The position numbers and the translations under genes are program-made. From an archaeon (GTDB lineage Archaea > Nanobdellota > Nanobdellia > Woesearchaeales > GW2011-AR9): a stretch of DNA of 51,481 nucleotides. Within the stretch, counting starts at the first letter, position 1, and every line of letters starts with the position of its first letter. Under the pieces are notes generated by a model. That model searched no databases. It worked only from the letters and a program-made list of their open reading frames with translations, and was not told where the DNA came from. Of this stretch, positions 47,801-51,481 are shown in pieces. Where the stretch lies: positions 1 to 51,481 of the forward strand of contig JAHFSD010000003.1 of the NCBI GenBank assembly GCA_023265925.1, in the 5' to 3' direction.

Positions 47801-50189
47801 AGTGCACGTCGCCGGCACAAAAGAAAATGGTGAACCTCTCAAGGAAAAATGGTTCTACCACCAGGAGCGGGTGTTCCAGGAAAGCGGGAAAAAGAAAGGA
47901 ACCTATTATCCGGAAATCCGTTATTTCTCCGAGCGTGACTTCTCGGGCGCCTTTGGCCAGAACCATCTATTGGATGTGGTGACTGGTAAAAAAGACATTC
48001 CCACTGTTGATCCCCATGCCCAGTTTGTAGGTGCATTACAGACCGTGTGCTTATCGTCAACGCTAAAGAATATCAGAATGCTGGAAAGTATCATGACCGG
48101 GATGAGGAATTGCCTGGTGGAAGCCAAGAAAACCGGCCTACAGGATGCCGGGATGTGTAAAACACTCTTTACCCAGCATGTCTGTGGCCTGATTTACAAA
48201 GCTATCGCCTACATTGCCGGTGGCTGCAATCCCGTTAATATTGAAGATTATAACAATGAAGGAAGGTTTGGCGATGTGGGTGTTCTGTTTTCCACCGGTT
48301 TAGGGGAAATACCTAACGCTTTGGAAAGTTCAGTGAAAGATCTCAAGGACGATTACGGCAATGCGCAGCTCAATCAGTATTTCAAGGCCGGCGCGCAAGG
48401 TTTTGTCCAGACCATCTGTTTAGCAGCTTTGGGCATTGAGTTCCCCCTGTTCAGCAAGGAATTTTTGCTGGATGCGGCCTATGCCGTGCCGATGAAAACC
48501 AGCGTGGTGATGGCGCCCAGAGAGCGGGAGCTTAGCACCTATAACCCCGCCAAGCAGACCGCGGTGTTTAACTACAACATCGGCGGCATCATTCTGCCCG
48601 GCTGCCGGATACGGCAATGGAGCGTCTCCCTGAAATGTATCGGTCCGGAAGATGTAGAACTGCCAGGGATAGATCGGTCCTGCAATGGGAAAGGCTGTGA
48701 CTGCATCAATGCGCAGAGTGTGAGTTCGCCGTTGGAAGGGGAGAAGACCGCACTGTTAAAAACCGGGTTTGATTTGAAATCAGGCGAAATGTTCAGCATT
48801 CCTCTGGAATCGCCCCTTCCCCTTGATAAGCATTACCGCTACGATCACCTGAAAGTGGAGCTTACACTTGACCAGTCGGAGAAAGGCAATGAAGATAAAT
48901 GTTTTGATGAAGGCTATTTTGTCGGTGGAAAAGGCGTGTTCTATGAGCCGTTGATTGATACTTCTCCAGTTGTAGAAATTTCCTGTAAAGCCAACCTGTT
49001 GACGGGACGATACGAGTGCCCGGAATTAGCTTCGCTCCTGGGCTTTGGCGGTGCAGCCTTTGAAGAGCCCTATGCGGACTGCTGGAGCAGCCGGCTGAAC
49101 CAATGGATCAGTTGTGACAGCCCCAACCTGTTTATAACGGGCGATGAAATTAAAGTGCGGCTGCACCTGAATCTCGATGATAAAGGGAAATGCCTGAAAC
49201 GGACCGTGCAACCTATTGTGCCGGGAATACCGTCTGAAACAAACCCGATCATGCTCGCTGAAAACATGCCGGGGCAATTGTTGAAAGAACAAACCCTGGG
49301 GACGGTGAATGAAGCGATGTTTGGTGGCATTACCAGCAATATTGTTCTGAAACAGGGAAGTAATCCGGGATGTGGGCTGGGGCGGCTATCTTTTCCTGCT
49401 GAAAGCAGCCCGGGAGAATATCAGTTTCAGTTTATTCAGCAGGGAGCTAATGCCGAATTGGTCGTTCCTTCTGGTGCCGTGATTGAAACTTCTGGGTATT
49501 CTACAACTCCTGATCGCAAGCTGAGTAAGAATGGACAAACGCAGTTTACTGTTGATGAGGTCAATCAGGTTACTTTTAACTTTGGCGGATTCAAAGTAAA
49601 TACTATCCTCGGAACGATCAATCCCACTCTCCCCAATCAGCTTACTGCCTGCATCTACCAGATCACTTCCGGGCAGCAGCTCTCATCCGGCCTCAATACC
49701 CGGGAGATTCACGTCACCTATGAACTGCTGGAGCGGGATGAAGGGGGCAGCTGCGGCTCGGCAAAAATTCCGGTCAAAAGCCAGAAAGCGATTCACACCA
49801 TTAAGATTCGATTGCAGAAGCAGGCCCAGGAATTAATTGGCCTGCATGACAATTTTAAGAGCGGGAATTACGATTCCGTGCAGGCGTCCGCTGCCGACAT
49901 TATCAAGCTGATGGGGGGAGACTTGAATAATGCTTTGGCAATTTATTATTGGGTGGCCAGCCTGGTGATGAAAGGGCCAGGGGTAACCCCGAATAATAAT
50001 GCGGAAATTAAGAATTTGCTTACCCTGTTCTTTGAACGGAAAGACTGGCAGGGGCAGACGGCGCAGCCATATAATCTGGGCACAACTTCCTCAGTTGAGT
50101 ATCAGAAAATTAATGCTTATCTGTGTGAAATAGCCAAAACACCCCAGGTGAATTATCAACCGCTACCAAGAAACTGTCCAGCACCATAA
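44859..50189 (+). CDS. Giant secreted Cys-rich protein with FnIII/purple-acid-phosphatase-N and Ig-like N-terminal domains
   Basis: Signal peptide, VVKWQTDEPADSFVFYG...HQLPLTGLTPFTSYQYKV FnIII motif, DTxAP/DTxPP Ig repeats, long Cys-rich remainder. Confidence 0.85.
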   Translation: MKSKKKVIVGLFLIVLVLNFPLLSALQISNVRAEDVTDTGAVVKWQTDEPADSFVFYGTSPESLAALGDANPVLNHQLPLTGLTPFTSYQYKVQSNDGTDDNQGNLYSFTTLGPDTTAPTLAVLLPPIVKGNKVEITGSTEANANVRLFVNDNLAGSTTTLTGNFTFLEILLVADQDNTIRVDAEDSAGNLGTFSGTVFPDTLKPVIKLQPLPELVETKAVEIKGTISEPAKFQIIVNNKSAAQGEGQNFSQSVSLEEGKNHLIISAADRAGWESSTEVEVTSDTQPPPLQAELERGTEYYEGRAESSIHGTTEPGATVFLYIYRPLGYEFQPDFKRARAKVTANEQGEFTFKDVEFIISVFDQKLEDIAPREVPAGLKEYSIFPIQEVAQQQQFAYYVFLIAEDQTGKGSYWQTTVNVHTCFSQNLDFSVESLPKFQTPLRLVPQLMDDGRQEIQAVFQFNYLGGSVPKQVGEIVVEPAAKVSSVKIEPACTAATLKDDKFNLGCKILPAQGNLIKNNDGSVAYVTWKLRPTNEISKREDDFWNDFKKRELIIPLKITLYYQEREGENKYGQGKFQTSCTDLGYFIDIPLKSSELIPDFLADEGVEFLDESVQKLTTAREFLEKAFIVAGFGCMGSFLGRTAGRWVRIVTSKFEQYTSYFKFSGIKRDEIDKESKGCKNPSDYYLEEEIKYYLTFENPPQEIKGANNNPTELGKLTLEKRCPNTAAAWKFEALMNAAYRWSCDRAFCSKVPAAWTADAKDDAIGAAIVKQQECAVTGRGIPLIKRENCQELVKTAVTAKPVEIKGGVCWQTAKGTLYFNDESVYFNDESVQNREQASKGIFLLKPVSAQLGDLKVPETPLKVYKPEGADNYVVGREESCQTVCKNPRRPGFQADTDGGVVDVVEGKTVKNGCYIENIQGGEVELIGNGGVKFKNINKEGKARYMAGYTSDCFVEPDETSSVVKQCVCIKDESQKLTVGEKVHVAGTKENGEPLKEKWFYHQERVFQESGKKKGTYYPEIRYFSERDFSGAFGQNHLLDVVTGKKDIPTVDPHAQFVGALQTVCLSSTLKNIRMLESIMTGMRNCLVEAKKTGLQDAGMCKTLFTQHVCGLIYKAIAYIAGGCNPVNIEDYNNEGRFGDVGVLFSTGLGEIPNALESSVKDLKDDYGNAQLNQYFKAGAQGFVQTICLAALGIEFPLFSKEFLLDAAYAVPMKTSVVMAPRERELSTYNPAKQTAVFNYNIGGIILPGCRIRQWSVSLKCIGPEDVELPGIDRSCNGKGCDCINAQSVSSPLEGEKTALLKTGFDLKSGEMFSIPLESPLPLDKHYRYDHLKVELTLDQSEKGNEDKCFDEGYFVGGKGVFYEPLIDTSPVVEISCKANLLTGRYECPELASLLGFGGAAFEEPYADCWSSRLNQWISCDSPNLFITGDEIKVRLHLNLDDKGKCLKRTVQPIVPGIPSETNPIMLAENMPGQLLKEQTLGTVNEAMFGGITSNIVLKQGSNPGCGLGRLSFPAESSPGEYQFQFIQQGANAELVVPSGAVIETSGYSTTPDRKLSKNGQTQFTVDEVNQVTFNFGGFKVNTILGTINPTLPNQLTACIYQITSGQQLSSGLNTREIHVTYELLERDEGGSCGSAKIPVKSQKAIHTIKIRLQKQAQELIGLHDNFKSGNYDSVQASAADIIKLMGGDLNNALAIYYWVASLVMKGPGVTPNNNAEIKNLLTLFFERKDWQGQTAQPYNLGTTSSVEYQKINAYLCEIAKTPQVNYQPLPRNCPAP
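47310..47351. repeat. Perfect 21-bp in-frame tandem duplication (YFNDESV x2)
   Basis: tattttaatgatgagagtgtt at 47310-47330 and 47331-47351. Confidence 0.9.
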
Positions 50190-50217
50190 ACACCGTTGCA
50201 GCCAAAAGAGGCTCACC

Positions 50218-51481
50218 ATGAACAAACAAGAATTGGCGTTTATCCTGCAGGAAGGGGAAGGACTGAAACTAGAGTTTAAAGAGAGCGTGAGCAATATTGA
50301 TAAAGAAATGGTGGCGTTTGCCAATACTTCCGGCGGGCGGATTTTCGTGGGGGTGGATGATACGGGATTAGTGAAAGGGATTACTATTACCAATAGCCTT
50401 AAATCGCAAATTCAGGACCTCGCCAACAACTGCGATCCGGCCATCCCCATTACCTTCAGCCGCCTTGACAATATTCTTATTATTGAAGTAAAAGAAGGCC
50501 CGGACAAGCCCTATAAATGTAAAGAAGGCTTTTTCCTGCGCCTCGGGCCCAATGCTCAGAAAATGAGCCGGGACAAGATTCTTAGTCTGGCTGTAAGCGA
50601 CGGGAAAATAAAGTTCGATGAGTTGGTCAATGGCCAATTTCGTTTCCCCCAGGATTTTGATCGTGCTAAACTACGAAATTATTTACGACGAACCGGCATC
50701 TCTGTCGCCCTGCCGGTTGAAAAAATATTGCATGAATTTACCGTTCTCGAGAAAGGCGAAAAAATGAACAATGCCGGAATTTTATTTTTCGCCAAAGAAC
50801 CGCAACGATTTATCTCCCATTCGGTTTATACCTGTGTGCTGTTTCGGGACAAGGAAGGGAGTGATGTCATTGACAGAAAAGAAATCAAAGGTGATTTATT
50901 CACAATTGTTGAGGAAGTTATGAATTTTGTGGAAAAAGATACCCGCGTGGCCTATAAGTTCACCGGTAAACCACAGCGGGAAAATATCTATGAATATCCT
51001 CTCGAGGCAATCCGCGAGGCCGTTCTCAATTCTGTCATTCATCGGGATTATTTTGAAACTGGACATAATAATATTTTACGGATTTTTCCTGATCAACTCA
51101 CCATCACTAATGTCTGGCTGAAACCGTCCTGGTTTGAGCTTGACCGGGATACCTTTCGCCGGAATGAGATTGTGGCTGAGCTATTCTTTAGAATAAAAGA
51201 GATTGAAAAAATAGGTTCAGGGTTAGCTAGAATGAAGCGGTTCTGCCGGCAGGCCCAAGCTCCGCCATTTAAACTGGATGTCGATGAGAAATACTTCCGG
51301 ATTATCTTTTTTAAGAGCAAGGAGTACCTCAACCTGGCGAGACGGGGGACAGTAAACGTCCCTGTAAACGTCCCTGTAAACCAGCGGAAAACTGTGGAGA
51401 AAACTGTGGAGAAAACTGTGGAGAAGATTCTTGCTTTAATAAAAAAAAATCCAAAAATAACTCAAAAAGAACTTTCAGAAA
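50218..51481 (+). CDS. Second Schlafen/AlbA_2 + HATPase_c_4 + wHTH protein; truncated at window end
   Basis: Hand translation: MNKQELAFILQEGEGLKLEFKES, VAFANTSGG, EAVLNSVIHRDY, IEKIGSG, then VNVPVNVPVNQRKTVEKTVEKTVEKIL. Confidence 0.88.
   Translation, partial: MNKQELAFILQEGEGLKLEFKESVSNIDKEMVAFANTSGGRIFVGVDDTGLVKGITITNSLKSQIQDLANNCDPAIPITFSRLDNILIIEVKEGPDKPYKCKEGFFLRLGPNAQKMSRDKILSLAVSDGKIKFDELVNGQFRFPQDFDRAKLRNYLRRTGISVALPVEKILHEFTVLEKGEKMNNAGILFFAKEPQRFISHSVYTCVLFRDKEGSDVIDRKEIKGDLFTIVEEVMNFVEKDTRVAYKFTGKPQRENIYEYPLEAIREAVLNSVIHRDYFETGHNNILRIFPDQLTITNVWLKPSWFELDRDTFRRNEIVAELFFRIKEIEKIGSGLARMKRFCRQAQAPPFKLDVDEKYFRIIFFKSKEYLNLARRGTVNVPVNVPVNQRKTVEKTVEKTVEKILALIKKNPKITQKELSE
51352..51423. repeat. 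Two adjacent 12-bp tandem arrays in the AlbA_2 protein linker
   Basis: (gtaaacgtccct)x2.5 at 51352-51381 and (aaaactgtggag)x3 at 51388-51423. Confidence 0.9.

Overview
Archaeal chromosomal window, most consistent with a DPANN Woesearchaeota-like organism. This rests on archaeal uS2, TFB, GatD, PAC2, Tyw3, TrmI and AMP phosphorylase, TTTA(T/A)A TATA boxes, KKGQ/KKAQ class III signal peptides and bacterial-type GroES/GroEL; the taxonomy is inference. Housekeeping and nucleoside-salvage genes (ahcY, mtaP-apt-pfkB, AMP phosphorylase, dut) alternate with large secreted Ig-like/S-layer/pilin-like genes and small AT-rich accessory cassettes (VapBC, HEPN-MNT, Fic, AAA-DUF4143, two Schlafen/AlbA_2 ATPases, an IS1182 remnant). 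Most notable: (1) a translationally coupled three-gene module of two small paralogues plus a caspase/gingipain-fold (HG...AC) protease; (2) a secreted coiled-coil protein ending in an apparent 8-stranded outer-membrane-type beta-barrel; (3) a tRNA-Leu(GAG) split by three non-canonical BHB introns; (4) a uORF with a bistable hairpin leader that duplicates the start of the AMP phosphorylase gene; (5) small mobile or palindromic insertions, including a 190-bp MITE with an 8-bp TSD and a 93-nt twin-hairpin insert that interrupts an RHH gene. No CRISPR array, rRNA or reverse transcriptase was seen. All protein calls come from motif recognition by eye; no database search was run.
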